Part shown: positions 1 to 10,044 of the stretch, in pieces | How positions within the stretch are numbered: the first letter of the stretch is position 1 | How the letters are laid out: every line of letters starts with the position of its first letter | NCBI GenBank assembly: GCA_034927475.1 | Contig: JAYFPW010000002.1 | Location: forward strand, 117,003-181,002 | Direction of reading: 5' to 3' | Length of the DNA: 64,000 nt | From: Candidatus Elulimicrobiales bacterium | GTDB taxonomy: Bacteria > Patescibacteriota > Minisyncoccia > Phycocordibacterales > UBA5272 | Translations under genes and position numbers: made by a program | Notes under the pieces: generated by a model | Database searches by the model: none | The model's input: the letters and a program-made list of their open reading frames with translations, nothing else | Told to the model about the DNA's origin: nothing

Positions 1-3000
1 ACTCAAAATAATCTCTTAAACTCAACTTTTGAAACTCGTTATAAAAACCTAAACGCAAAGCAAAAAGAAGCTGTAGATACCATAGATGGACCAGTTTTAG
101 TCGTGGCGGGGCCAGGAAGTGGAAAGACAGAGCTTCTTTCACTTCGAGCAGCAAATATTTTGAAAGAGACTCAGGCGACTCCTGGAAATATTTTACTTCT
201 CACATTTACCGAAAGTGGAGCAAAGAATATGCGAGAGAGAATAGTCTCTCTTATTGGTGAAGCGGGATATAGAATTGCGATTTACACTTTCCACGCTTTT
301 GCGAGTGATGTGATGAATAAATATGCCGAATTCTTTTTTGATGGAGCTACATTTAAACCAGCAACTGAAGTTGAAAAAATAAATATTATTGAAAAGATTT
401 TGGAAGCATTGCCAAGAGAAAATCTTTTGACCAGCAAACATTCTGAAATGGGCTATACCTATCTTTATGACATCATAGCTTGTATTTCAGCTCTCAAAAA
501 AGGAAATCTTTCCGGAGAAGAATTTAAAGAGAAAATAAAAAGAAATGAAAGCGAATATAAAGAAATAAATGAAAAAGTTGGTGAACTATTTTTAGAAATT
601 GTTGGAAAAAGAAAATTTGATTTGCTCAAGCAAGTTTATTTTCAAATTTATAATGAATTAAATATCTTAGGGCAAAATGATAACAATTCAGCTAAGTTTT
701 TAGCTAATATTTTATCCTTAGAGCTAAAACAAGCCGAAGAACTTGGTAAAGGTAGCAATTTAACTAAATGGAAAGATGATTATTTTGTAAAAGATGAAGA
801 CGGAAAATTTATTGTAAAAGATTCTAGAGATGAAAAAATCAAAAAATGGATGGCTTTAGAAGATGTTTATGAAAAATACAATCAAAAAATGTATGAAGCC
901 GGACTCTATGACTTTGACGATATGATTTTTAAAGTCGGGCGTGAACTTGATAAAAATGAAGCTTTAAGAAATGAACTAGAAGAAAGATTCCAATATATTA
1001 TGATTGATGAATTTCAAGATACTTCAGATTCACAATTTAATCTAGTTTTAAATTTGACCAAAAGTCCAATCAATGAAGGTAGACCAAATGTATTGGCAGT
1101 TGGAGATGACGATCAAGCTATTTTTAAATTTCAAGGAGCAGAGCTGGATAATATTACTAAATTTATCAAAAGCTATAGAGAGGTGGAGCTTATTACTTTA
1201 GATAAAAATTATCGTTCTACTCAAAATATTTTAGATGAAGCGAGAAAACTGATTACTAAAATTGGAGACAGGCTAGAAACTAGATTCCCAGAAATTAATA
1301 AAGAAATAAAAGCCGAAAATGAAAAATTAATTAAAGAGCATAAAGGGGAAATAATTGAAAAGAATTTTGATAATATTCATAGCGAATTTAATTTTGTCGC
1401 CACAGAAATTGATTCTTTAATCAAAAAAGGAATTGACCCAAAAGAAATTAGTGTCATCTCTCGCACTCACGCCAATCTTAAAAATTTAGCCAATATTTTT
1501 AATGAATACAAAATCCCTTATAGCTACGAAAAAGAAGAAAATGTTTTTGATAAAGAAATAATTCGGGAAATAGTTACTTTAGTAGAATTTGCCGAAAGTG
1601 GACTTGAAAATATCAGAGAAGATTTACTTCCAGAAATTTTGTCTTATAAATTTTGGAATTTAGATAGAGTTGAAATTTGGAAAATAGGAGAAGTGGTGAG
1701 AGCTGGAGAAATTACTCTTGGTGAACTTGGAGAAAGAATTTATATTAAACCATCATGGCTTAAAGTCATGCTGGAAAGTAAAAATGAAAAAGTAAAAGAA
1801 ATTGCTAAGTTTTTGATCGGTTTAGTTTCGGAAGCAAAATCTTTACCATTACTTCATTTAATAGATAAAATTATCGGAACTAGGGAATGGGAAATAAATA
1901 GCGACTATGATGATAGTGATGAAAAAGATAAAAAGGAAATAGATTTTATTTCTCCATTTAGAGAATATTATTTTGGAAAAGAAAACTTTGATCACAATAA
2001 ACCAGAATATCTTGATTTCCTTTTTGCACTTCGCACATTTATTGGCTCACTTCGTGAATATAAAGGAGGAGAAATTTTATTTGCTAAAGATTTAAAAGAT
2101 TTTGTAGCTATTTATGAAAATAATGAAAATTTAACTCTTTCTACAATTTCTCCATTTGCGACCAGTGACAAAGCTGTAGTTTTGCAAACAGCTCACAAAA
2201 GTAAAGGATTAGAATATGAATATATTTTTATTTTAAATAGTGATGAAGATGAATGGAATGGAAGAAGGAAAACAAATAAAATTGGTTTGCCAATAAATCT
2301 TCCACTTCTTCCGTCTAGTGACGATATTGCCGATAGGGTTCGTCTTTATTATGTAGCTATGACTAGAGCTAAACACACTTTATATATTACCAATAATAAA
2401 GAAAAGTTTTCTATGCTTTTGGTAGAAAAAGAAGAAAAAGCAAAAAATGAAATGACAGAAAATCTTATCAAGACTTTATATCCAACAGAGAAAAAGCCTC
2501 TTCTGGAAGACGAAAAAGCACTTTTAAAGAGAGTTTTAGAAGATTACAAAATGCCTGTCACTCACTTAATTAACTTCTTAAATATTGGAAAAGTTGGTCC
2601 AGAAAAGTTTTTAGAACAAAATCTTCTTCGTTTTCCTCAAGCTATGAGCCCGTCCAGCATATATGGTTCGGCTATGCATGAAGCACTTCAAAATTACTAT
2701 CTTTATAAAAAGAAATATGATAAAAATCCGGATTTTGATAGAGTTATAAACTTTTTTAGAAATGCTTTGAATAGGGGAGCTTTGGATAAAATTCAATATG
2801 AAAAATATTTTAATTCTGGTGTTAAAAATTTAGAAATCTTTATAGAAAATCTTGAAAGTAAAAAAGAGTTAGGGCAAATAGAAGTAGAAGTTAACTTTGC
2901 AAATGAGGGAGTGTATATTAAAAATGTCCCAGCGACTGGAAAAATAGACAAACTTGTTTTAAATGGAGATTTGGCTTCGGTGACAGATTTTAAAACTGGA

Positions 3001-3387
3001 AAAAGTTTTAAAGATTGGAATGAAGCTAAAAGTAATTATGACAAAATAAAAGTTCACTTCTTTGAATATCAATTAGCTTTTTACGCTTTACTTTTGCGAA
3101 ACTCTAGAAGTTACGAAAAGTTTAATTTTGAAAAAGGAATTATAGAATTTATAGAAGCTGATACAAAAAATAAAATAAATTCTTTAGAGATGGAGGGCGG
3201 AGAAAAATTTGAAGAGCTAGTGAATAGAGTAGAAACTTTAGCCAATATTATTTATGAAAAAATAATGAATTTAGATTTTCCAGATACTTCTTTTTATAAG
3301 CTAAAAGACGACGGAATAGATGAAAAAGAAGTTTCTTTAAAAGATATCTTACAATTTGAAGAAGATTTATTAAGTGGTAAGATATAA
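1..3387 (+). CDS. UvrD/PcrA-family SF1 helicase fused to C-terminal PD-(D/E)XK nuclease (AdnAB/AddA-like); 5'-truncated by window edge
   Basis: Frame is open from base 1 (LNAKQKEAV..DGPVLVVAGPGSGKT); motifs TFT, IDEFQD, VGDDDQAIF, NYRS, TAHKSKGLEY, YVAMTRAK; C-terminal GKIDKL..VTDFKTG..YQL. Confidence 0.9.
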   Translation, partial: TQNNLLNSTFETRYKNLNAKQKEAVDTIDGPVLVVAGPGSGKTELLSLRAANILKETQATPGNILLLTFTESGAKNMRERIVSLIGEAGYRIAIYTFHAFASDVMNKYAEFFFDGATFKPATEVEKINIIEKILEALPRENLLTSKHSEMGYTYLYDIIACISALKKGNLSGEEFKEKIKRNESEYKEINEKVGELFLEIVGKRKFDLLKQVYFQIYNELNILGQNDNNSAKFLANILSLELKQAEELGKGSNLTKWKDDYFVKDEDGKFIVKDSRDEKIKKWMALEDVYEKYNQKMYEAGLYDFDDMIFKVGRELDKNEALRNELEERFQYIMIDEFQDTSDSQFNLVLNLTKSPINEGRPNVLAVGDDDQAIFKFQGAELDNITKFIKSYREVELITLDKNYRSTQNILDEARKLITKIGDRLETRFPEINKEIKAENEKLIKEHKGEIIEKNFDNIHSEFNFVATEIDSLIKKGIDPKEISVISRTHANLKNLANIFNEYKIPYSYEKEENVFDKEIIREIVTLVEFAESGLENIREDLLPEILSYKFWNLDRVEIWKIGEVVRAGEITLGELGERIYIKPSWLKVMLESKNEKVKEIAKFLIGLVSEAKSLPLLHLIDKIIGTREWEINSDYDDSDEKDKKEIDFISPFREYYFGKENFDHNKPEYLDFLFALRTFIGSLREYKGGEILFAKDLKDFVAIYENNENLTLSTISPFATSDKAVVLQTAHKSKGLEYEYIFILNSDEDEWNGRRKTNKIGLPINLPLLPSSDDIADRVRLYYVAMTRAKHTLYITNNKEKFSMLLVEKEEKAKNEMTENLIKTLYPTEKKPLLEDEKALLKRVLEDYKMPVTHLINFLNIGKVGPEKFLEQNLLRFPQAMSPSSIYGSAMHEALQNYYLYKKKYDKNPDFDRVINFFRNALNRGALDKIQYEKYFNSGVKNLEIFIENLESKKELGQIEVEVNFANEGVYIKNVPATGKIDKLVLNGDLASVTDFKTGKSFKDWNEAKSNYDKIKVHFFEYQLAFYALLLRNSRSYEKFNFEKGIIEFIEADTKNKINSLEMEGGEKFEELVNRVETLANIIYEKIMNLDFPDTSFYKLKDDGIDEKEVSLKDILQFEEDLLSGKI

Positions 3388-3470
3388 ATACAAATTCTTG
3401 AAAATTATTTTTTCAAATTGAACCCTGCTTCGCAAAAAATTTTCAAAAACAATTTTCAAACACAAAAAAT

Positions 3471-4352
3471 ATGGCAGATAAATACAAAGCAATTTGGCTC
3501 TCACATTCTTCTTTCAATGACTTTTTGAATTGTCCAAAAGCTTATTATTTAAAAAATGTTTATAAAGATTCAAAATCAAGAAATAAAATTTCTCTTCTTT
3601 CTCCATATACTTCTTTAGGTTCTGCTGTCCATTTATCTTTAGAGACCCTACTTGAGTATCCAGCTGATAAAAGAAAGGATAAATTAGATTCTTTAGAAGA
3701 AAAATATAAAGAGATTTGGGATAAAAATTTTCAAGGTAAAAAAGGAGGCTTCTCAAGTTCTGAAGAAGAAAAAGAGTTTTTTGAAAGAGGGTTAGAAATG
3801 ATAAAAAATATAGAAGAAAATCCAAATTTTTTATTAAATAAAATAATTAAAAGAGAAAGCTATTATAAAGGCGATATTTTGCCAAATTATTTTATAGATG
3901 ATGAAGAGGAAGTTTTACTTTGTGGGGTGCCAGACTGGGTAGAATATTTGGACAATGATACTTTACATGTCATAGATTTTAAAACTGGAAAAAATGAAGA
4001 AAAAGAAGATAGTACTCAGCTTCCAATTTATGTTTTACTTTTAGAAAATTTACAAAAAAGAAAAGTTTCTAAAGCAAGTTATTGGTATTTATTAAAAGAT
4101 AGTGAAGAGAAAGAAAAAGAAATAGACAGAGAAGAGATTGAGGACACAAAAAATAAAATAGTGAAAGCCGGAAAAGAAATTAAAGATTTAAAAAATGAAG
4201 CTTTAAAGAAAGATTGGCGAGAAGTTTTTATTTGTAAAAGGGGAGAGGAAGGATGTATGCATTGTAAAGATTATGAAAAGATTATTTCTGGTGAAGCAGA
4301 ATATGTTGGTAAAGATATTTATGATAAAGACGGATATATTTTAGAGAAATAA
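3471..4352 (+). CDS. PD-(D/E)XK nuclease (RecB/AddB/Cas4-like)
   Basis: LSHSS..FLNCPKAYY, GSAVH, GVPD, IDFKTG, QLPIY, C-terminal C-x6-CMHC. Confidence 0.85.
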   Translation: MADKYKAIWLSHSSFNDFLNCPKAYYLKNVYKDSKSRNKISLLSPYTSLGSAVHLSLETLLEYPADKRKDKLDSLEEKYKEIWDKNFQGKKGGFSSSEEEKEFFERGLEMIKNIEENPNFLLNKIIKRESYYKGDILPNYFIDDEEEVLLCGVPDWVEYLDNDTLHVIDFKTGKNEEKEDSTQLPIYVLLLENLQKRKVSKASYWYLLKDSEEKEKEIDREEIEDTKNKIVKAGKEIKDLKNEALKKDWREVFICKRGEEGCMHCKDYEKIISGEAEYVGKDIYDKDGYILEK

Positions 4353-4353
4353 A

Positions 4354-4386
4354 AAAATCCGTAAACTCTGTGAGCTTACGGATTTT
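4354..4386. terminator. Bidirectional intrinsic terminator
   Basis: AAAATCCGTAA-ACTCTGTGAGC-TTACGGATTTT hairpin between convergent genes. Confidence 0.8.
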
Positions 4387-4522
4387 GTTCGGCATGGTCA
4401 GGATTAGTTTCCTGATTACTTTCATCATTTGTTTTACCGTAAAGAAAAAATAAAACATTGAACGTTACGATAAAGATCACAAAGGCAATGCCCATGATAT
4501 CACCAATAATTTTTGCGTCCAT
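4376..4522 (-). CDS. 48-aa single-TM orphan protein (not in ORF track)
   Basis: MDAKIIGDIMGIAFVIFIVTFNVLFFLYGKTNDESNQETNPDHAEQNP*; own promoter at 4561-4589; stop codon inside the terminator. Confidence 0.65.
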   Translation of the reverse strand: MDAKIIGDIMGIAFVIFIVTFNVLFFLYGKTNDESNQETNPDHAEQNP

Positions 4523-4560
4523 AATGAAAAAGTTTTAAAGGTTAAAGTTCATCTAACTTT

Positions 4561-4589
4561 AATATATCAACTATATATTATTTTGTCAA
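4561..4589 (-). promoter_or_regulatory. sigma70 promoter
   Basis: TTGACA-17-TATATT with TG extension. Confidence 0.75.
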
Positions 4590-4596
4590 ATTTACT

Positions 4597-6324
4597 CTAA
4601 ATAAAAAGTCTAAAAAGTCTTAAAGTTTGAAAGTCTATATTAATACCGTTTTTATTATTTAAAGTTCTATGTTTTATAGTTAACCCTGTATCTTGTTTCA
4701 AAATCTTATTAATAATTTTAACTTCCTCTTTATTGTATTTTTTTTCTAAATCTTTAAGGATATATTTAATATCTTTTTCATTTATTTCTTTTCCTTCAAA
4801 AAGTTCTTCTATGTGAGAAACTATTGTCCCTAGAGTTAATTTTCTTTCTTTAGCAATTTTTTCTGGAAGTATTTTTTCTTTTATAAAATTCAAAGTAATC
4901 ATAGTTGTTTTAACTTTTTCCTTCTTTTCAAATACTTCTTCTTTTATTTCTATAGTTTCTAAAGTTCCATCACAAGCTAAAAGAAATTCTTCCTGTTTTC
5001 TTTTGAGTTTTATTTTCATCTCTTTATCTATATAGTATTTATCTAAGGCTTGACTTGCTCTTTCAGATTTTGCTCTAAAGATTTTATCTTGCCTGATTAC
5101 CTCTTTATTAATTTTTAAAGCTCTTTCGTGAATACCTAAAAGAGAAATATTTTCAATTTTTCTTACTCGAGATAAGGCTACATATCCCATTCCGCTTCCA
5201 AAAGCTTTAGAGAGATCTATTTCTGCAGCGTCGAGCGTCATACCTTGAGATTTATGAACTGTGATAGCCCAAGCATAGCGAAGTGGAAGCTGTGAAATTT
5301 CTGCTAAGATTTTCCCATCGTCGTTTGCATATTGCCAACTTTCTCTAGAAACAGAGATTTTCCTACCATCAAATGTTTTTACGATAGGCATATTAGAAAC
5401 ATCAAAATCTATAATTTCCCCCAGAGTTCCATTTTGATATTCTCGATTTTTATCATTTTTAACAAAGATTACTTTGGTTCCTTTTTTAAGATTTAAAATT
5501 TCTGGAGCTAAACAATTTTGTTTTAAAATTTCTACAAAATTTTTCTTGCCATCAGAGATGGTCTCGTAAGAAAATTCTGGAAGATTTGTTTCGAGGGCAC
5601 AATATTTTTCATAATTAATAGTATCTACATCGATATTGTGAGTATAAAGTTTTAAGATTTCAGTTTCAGTTTTCTCAGTTATTTGATTATTTAATTTAAC
5701 TAAAATTTTTTCAGTTTCTCTTTCAAAACGAATATCGTTTAAAATCTTGTTTAAAGTCGCGTCTTCTTGCTGACGATAATTTTCTTTTAAATAACAAATG
5801 ACAGGGTTTAATTCTTGCCAAGCTTTAGAGTTGAAAGCAAATTCATGACTTTCATCTGGAAAATCTTCTACTTTGCCATATCTCTTTACAACAGGGGGAA
5901 GTTGAAAAAAATCTCCACAAAAAATAATTTGTATCCCAGCAAAAGGTTTGTCAGAATATTTCAGCTTTTTAAATAAAGTATTTACCATATCAAGTCTTGA
6001 AGCGTGGAGCATAGAAATCTCATCAATAATTAATACTTTTACATTTTCATATCTTTTAAAAAGTTTTTCATTTTGCTCTAGCTTGTCTAGCGTCCAAGAA
6101 TCAAGTTTTTCATAAACTCCAATTCCGCTCCAAGAGTGAATAGTTTGTCCAGCAATATGAGTTGCAGCTATACCTGTAGAAGCTGTGATAGCTGGAGTTA
6201 TAGAATGAGATTTTAAATATTCAATATATTTATTCAAAATATAAGTTTTACCAGTACCAGCAGCACCAGTCAAAAAGACAGAATGTCCCATTTTTAAAAT
6301 ATCCAAAGCTTCTTTTTGAGTCAT
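4597..6324 (-). CDS. Pif1-family helicase with C-terminal HTH
   Basis: FLTGAAGTGKT, ASTGIAA, IIDEISM, GDFFQLPPV, QLPLRYAWAITVHKSQGMTLD, YVALSRV; C-terminal IAKERKLTLGTIVSHI. Confidence 0.9.
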   Translation of the reverse strand: MTQKEALDILKMGHSVFLTGAAGTGKTYILNKYIEYLKSHSITPAITASTGIAATHIAGQTIHSWSGIGVYEKLDSWTLDKLEQNEKLFKRYENVKVLIIDEISMLHASRLDMVNTLFKKLKYSDKPFAGIQIIFCGDFFQLPPVVKRYGKVEDFPDESHEFAFNSKAWQELNPVICYLKENYRQQEDATLNKILNDIRFERETEKILVKLNNQITEKTETEILKLYTHNIDVDTINYEKYCALETNLPEFSYETISDGKKNFVEILKQNCLAPEILNLKKGTKVIFVKNDKNREYQNGTLGEIIDFDVSNMPIVKTFDGRKISVSRESWQYANDDGKILAEISQLPLRYAWAITVHKSQGMTLDAAEIDLSKAFGSGMGYVALSRVRKIENISLLGIHERALKINKEVIRQDKIFRAKSERASQALDKYYIDKEMKIKLKRKQEEFLLACDGTLETIEIKEEVFEKKEKVKTTMITLNFIKEKILPEKIAKERKLTLGTIVSHIEELFEGKEINEKDIKYILKDLEKKYNKEEVKIINKILKQDTGLTIKHRTLNNKNGINIDFQTLRLFRLFI

Positions 6325-6354
6325 AAATTAAACTCATTTTAACATAATAAAAAT

Positions 6355-6384
6355 AAACACCCAGGATTAAAATTTTGGGTGTTT
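6355..6384 (-). terminator. Intrinsic terminator overlapping stop codon
   Basis: AAACACCCAGGA-TTAAAA-TTTTGGGTGTTT hairpin. Confidence 0.65.
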
Positions 6385-6612
6385 AAGTAAAAGTTTTTTT
6401 ATTTTTAATATCGAAAGACAAATAAATATAATTGCGGTAAGTAAAAAATAAAAAAAGAAAAATGAGATAGAGAAATTTAAGAAAAGATCCTGTGTTGGGC
6501 GTATTGAGAAAAAATCAAAGAAATCAGCCCACAAAATTAACGTAATAAAAAAAGCCGCAAACGGCATTAAGGTAAATAGTATGAATTTCATACTTGAATC
6601 TAACTTTCTCAT
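6367..6612 (-). CDS. 81-aa two-TM orphan membrane protein
   Basis: Two hydrophobic Phe-rich helices; own promoter at 6656-6683 and terminator. Confidence 0.65.
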   Translation of the reverse strand: MRKLDSSMKFILFTLMPFAAFFITLILWADFFDFFSIRPTQDLFLNFSISFFFFYFLLTAIIFICLSILKIKKLLLKHPKF

Positions 6613-6655
6613 ATTTTTAAATTTTAATTATAAAGAACATTTTTGAATCTGTATA

Positions 6656-6683
6656 AGTTTATCACTAATCAAAGTATTGTCAA
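6656..6683 (-). promoter_or_regulatory. sigma70 promoter followed by boxA-like GTTCTTT (6632-6638)
   Basis: TTGACA-16-TAAACT. Confidence 0.65.
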
Positions 6684-6712
6684 TAAGAGCAAAAATGTGT
6701 TATTTTATACAA

Positions 6713-8095
6713 ATGATTTTTAATCTATTTAAAACTAAAAAAACCACAAATTCTGAAGAAGAAGAAAAAGACTACACTTTTGGTTTAACGGAAGATTTTG
6801 TGCGCGATATATCAAAAGACAAGGAAGAACCAAAATGGATGCTAGAGAAGCGTTTAGAGGCTTTTAGAGCGTATAAAAAGACTCCTTTACCAAATTGGGG
6901 ACCAGATTTATCTAAATTAAATCTAAACGAAATCGTCTACTATATTCCTTCAGATTTAAAAGAACAAAATAGTTGGAGTGAGGTTCCAAAAGAAATTGCA
7001 GAGACTTTTGAAAAACTCGGCATTCCAAAAGCTGAAAAAGAATATTTAGGCGGAGTTGGGGCGCAATATGATTCCGGAGTAGTTTATCATTCCATAAAAG
7101 AGTCTTTGAAGAAACAAGGTGTTGTTTTTGAAAACATGGATACAGCTTTAAAACTTTATCCAGATCTAGTCAAAAAATATTTTATGACAGATTGTATAAA
7201 AGTTGATGAACATAAATTTGCTATGCTTCACGCGGCTTGTTGGAGTGGAGGAACTTTTATTTATGTCCCCAAAGATGTCAAAGTGAAAATGCCTCTACAA
7301 TCATATTTCAGAATGAATAAAGAAAAAGGTGGACAATTTGAGCATACACTCATCATAGCTGACGAAGGAGCTTATGTAGAATACATTGAAGGATGCTCTG
7401 CGCCAAAATATTCTTTCTCCGCACTTCATGCTGGAGGCGTAGAAATTTTTGTCCATAAAAATGCAAAAGTAAAATATTCTAGTATTGAAAATTGGAGTAA
7501 AAATGTTTTTAATTTAAATACAAAAAAAGCTTTAGTTTTTGAAAGAGGAGAAATAGAATGGTTAAATGGAAATACTGGAAGCTCTACCACCATGCTTTAT
7601 CCATCTTCTATTCTTCTTGGAGAATATGCTAGAAGTGAAAGTCTGGGTATTGCTATGGCTGGAAAAGGTCAGAATCAAGATGTGGGAAGTAAAGTGGTGC
7701 ATATTGCTCCAAATACTTATTCGGTTATTAAATCAAAGTCTATTGCAAAAAATGGAGGCATATCTAATTATCGCGGATTTGTAGAAGTAGCAAAAGGTGC
7801 AAAAAATTCTAAGATAGTAGTAAATTGTGACACTTTGATTTTAGATAAAGAATCTAAAGCTTTAGCTATTCCAGTAAATAAAGTTTCAAATCAAGATGTG
7901 GAAATTTCCCATGAAGCAAAAGTTGGTCAACTTTCTGACAAAGAAATATTTTATGCTAATTTGCATGGTTTTGATGAATATGGAGCTCAAAGATTAATTA
8001 TTGGAGGTTTTGCAAATGAAGTTATAAAAAAGCTACCTCTAGAATATGCGATAGAGTTAAATAAATTAATTGATTTAGAAATAGAAGGAATGTAA
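6713..8095 (+). CDS. sufB: Fe-S cluster assembly scaffold SufB
   Basis: EPKWMLEKRL, GGVGAQYDS, WSGGTFIYVP, GQFEHTLI, YIEGCSAP, LHAGGVE, SHEAKV, LPLEYAIELN; ATG at 6713 preferred over TTG at 6677. Confidence 0.93.
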   Translation: MIFNLFKTKKTTNSEEEEKDYTFGLTEDFVRDISKDKEEPKWMLEKRLEAFRAYKKTPLPNWGPDLSKLNLNEIVYYIPSDLKEQNSWSEVPKEIAETFEKLGIPKAEKEYLGGVGAQYDSGVVYHSIKESLKKQGVVFENMDTALKLYPDLVKKYFMTDCIKVDEHKFAMLHAACWSGGTFIYVPKDVKVKMPLQSYFRMNKEKGGQFEHTLIIADEGAYVEYIEGCSAPKYSFSALHAGGVEIFVHKNAKVKYSSIENWSKNVFNLNTKKALVFERGEIEWLNGNTGSSTTMLYPSSILLGEYARSESLGIAMAGKGQNQDVGSKVVHIAPNTYSVIKSKSIAKNGGISNYRGFVEVAKGAKNSKIVVNCDTLILDKESKALAIPVNKVSNQDVEISHEAKVGQLSDKEIFYANLHGFDEYGAQRLIIGGFANEVIKKLPLEYAIELNKLIDLEIEGM

Positions 8096-8099
8096 ATAT

Positions 8100-8678
8100 A
8101 TGCAAAAGAAACTCGTCTCCTATGGATTAAAAATAAATACTGATTTTAGTAAAGAAGAAATTAAAAAGAATACTAAAATTATAAATATTGATGAAGCAAA
8201 ACATTTTAAGTTTGAAGAAAAGAATTTTGAAAATGATTTCTTATCGCATACAATTATCAATTTAAATGTTTCTGGTGCAAGTGTAGAATTTATTGGAAGA
8301 TATAAAGCTGAGAAAAGTCTAGTAGATGTTTCTTGTGACGTTAATCATAATGCTGATAATACAAAATCTAGTATAAATATTCGCGGTATCGCTGAAGTGG
8401 AAGGAAAAATTATTTCTCGTTCAAATATATATGTGGCAGAAAATGTAAAAGGTATAGATGGGGAGGAAAAAGTAAAATTCCTTTTTGTAGTAGATGAAGA
8501 CGGTAAAGCAGGGGAAATAGATGCTATTCCAAATCTAGACATAAATAGTCACGAGGTAAAAGTCTCTCACGCTATGAGTATTTCTAAAATAAAAAAATCT
8601 GATATTTGGTATGCGGGACTTCACGGATTTTCTGAAAAAGAAGCGGAGAAAGATTTTATAGAAAGTTTTTTAAAATAA
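8100..8678 (+). CDS. sufD: Short SufD-like protein
   Basis: VNHNADNTKS, IRGIA, IDAIPNLDINSHEVKVSHA, GFSEKEA: SufBD beta-helix C-terminal half; directly after sufB. Confidence 0.75.
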   Translation: MQKKLVSYGLKINTDFSKEEIKKNTKIINIDEAKHFKFEEKNFENDFLSHTIINLNVSGASVEFIGRYKAEKSLVDVSCDVNHNADNTKSSINIRGIAEVEGKIISRSNIYVAENVKGIDGEEKVKFLFVVDEDGKAGEIDAIPNLDINSHEVKVSHAMSISKIKKSDIWYAGLHGFSEKEAEKDFIESFLK

Positions 8679-8771
8679 AAATCAATTTTAGTCAAGTTTT
8701 TAAAAATGTAAGATTTAAGATTTTATGATATTATTTAGAGATAATAATCTTTTTAAAACTCATTAAAAAAT

Positions 8772-10040
8772 ATGTTAGATATAAAATTTATAAGAGAAAA
8801 TCCAGAACTTATTAAAATGGCTGCGAAGAAAAAAAACTCGAATTTTAATGTTGAGGAACTTATCGAATTAGATAAAAAAAGAGTTGAACTCTCACAAAAA
8901 ATTGAAGAATTTAGAGCTAAACAAAATCAAGTTTCAGCAGAGATTCCAAATCTTTCTGGTGAAGAAAAAGAAAAAAAGATTCAAGAAATGAGTTTGGTTA
9001 AAGAAGAGATGAAAAAACTCGAACCAGATTTGACTGAGATTAATGAAAAATGGAAAGAATTAATGCTTAAAGTTCCAAATGTGCCAGATATGACTGTACC
9101 AGACGGAAATTCTGATGCTGATAATCAAGAAGTAAAAGTTTGGGGAGAAAAAACAAAATTTGATTTTGAACCAAAAGATCATATTGAAATAATGGAAAAT
9201 TTAAAAATGGTAGATTTTGAAAGAGGTTCAAAAGTTCATGGATTTAGAGGATACTTTTTAACTGGTGAAGGAGTAAAACTTTCTTTTGCAATTTGGAATT
9301 ACGCTTTAGAATTTTTTAGTAAAAGAGGCTACAATCCCATAATTCCACCAGTGATTGTCAGAAAGGAAAATCTTTATGGTACAGGACATTTGCCTGGTGA
9401 CGCAGATGATTATTATGTAACTCAAGATGATGACGCGCTAGCCGGTACAGCAGAAGTTCCACTTATGGGATTTCATCGGGACGAAATTTTAGATATAAAA
9501 AATCTTCCAATCAAATATTTAGGATTTTCTCCTTGTTTTCGCAGAGAAGCTGGAAGTTATTCTAAAGATGTCAAAGGTTTAATTAGGGTTCATGAATTTT
9601 ATAAATTTGAACAATTTATACTTTGTGAAGCCAATCATGAAGAGTCTGTAAAGTATCACGAAGAATTAAATAGAAACACTGAAGAATTTATAGAGTCTTT
9701 AAAAATTCCATATCATACGGTGATAAATTGTGGTGGAGATTTAGGACAAGGACAAGTTAAAAAATATGATATTGAACTTTGGGTTCCAAAAGAAGAAAAA
9801 TATAGAGAGATTTCCAGTGCTTCTTATTTTCATGATTTTCAAGCAAGGCGTTCAAACGTAAAATATCGCGACGAAGAAGGAAAAGTACGTTTTGTGCACT
9901 CTTTAAATTGTACGGCTATTCCCACTCCGAGAATTTTAGTCTCTTTAGTTGAAAATTATCAAAATCAAGATGGGACAATAAATATACCAGAAGTTTTAAT
10001 TCCTTATATGCAAGGTAAAAAAATAATTGGAAATAATTAG
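8772..10040 (+). CDS. serS: Seryl-tRNA synthetase
   Basis: MLDIKFIREN, GTAEVP, CFRREAGS, GLIRVHEF, EISSAS. Confidence 0.97.
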   Translation: MLDIKFIRENPELIKMAAKKKNSNFNVEELIELDKKRVELSQKIEEFRAKQNQVSAEIPNLSGEEKEKKIQEMSLVKEEMKKLEPDLTEINEKWKELMLKVPNVPDMTVPDGNSDADNQEVKVWGEKTKFDFEPKDHIEIMENLKMVDFERGSKVHGFRGYFLTGEGVKLSFAIWNYALEFFSKRGYNPIIPPVIVRKENLYGTGHLPGDADDYYVTQDDDALAGTAEVPLMGFHRDEILDIKNLPIKYLGFSPCFRREAGSYSKDVKGLIRVHEFYKFEQFILCEANHEESVKYHEELNRNTEEFIESLKIPYHTVINCGGDLGQGQVKKYDIELWVPKEEKYREISSASYFHDFQARRSNVKYRDEEGKVRFVHSLNCTAIPTPRILVSLVENYQNQDGTINIPEVLIPYMQGKKIIGNN

Positions 10041-10044
10041 AAAA

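Noticed and set aside
3471-4352. Cas4 / CRISPR locus
   Set aside because: No repeat-spacer array or other cas genes in the window
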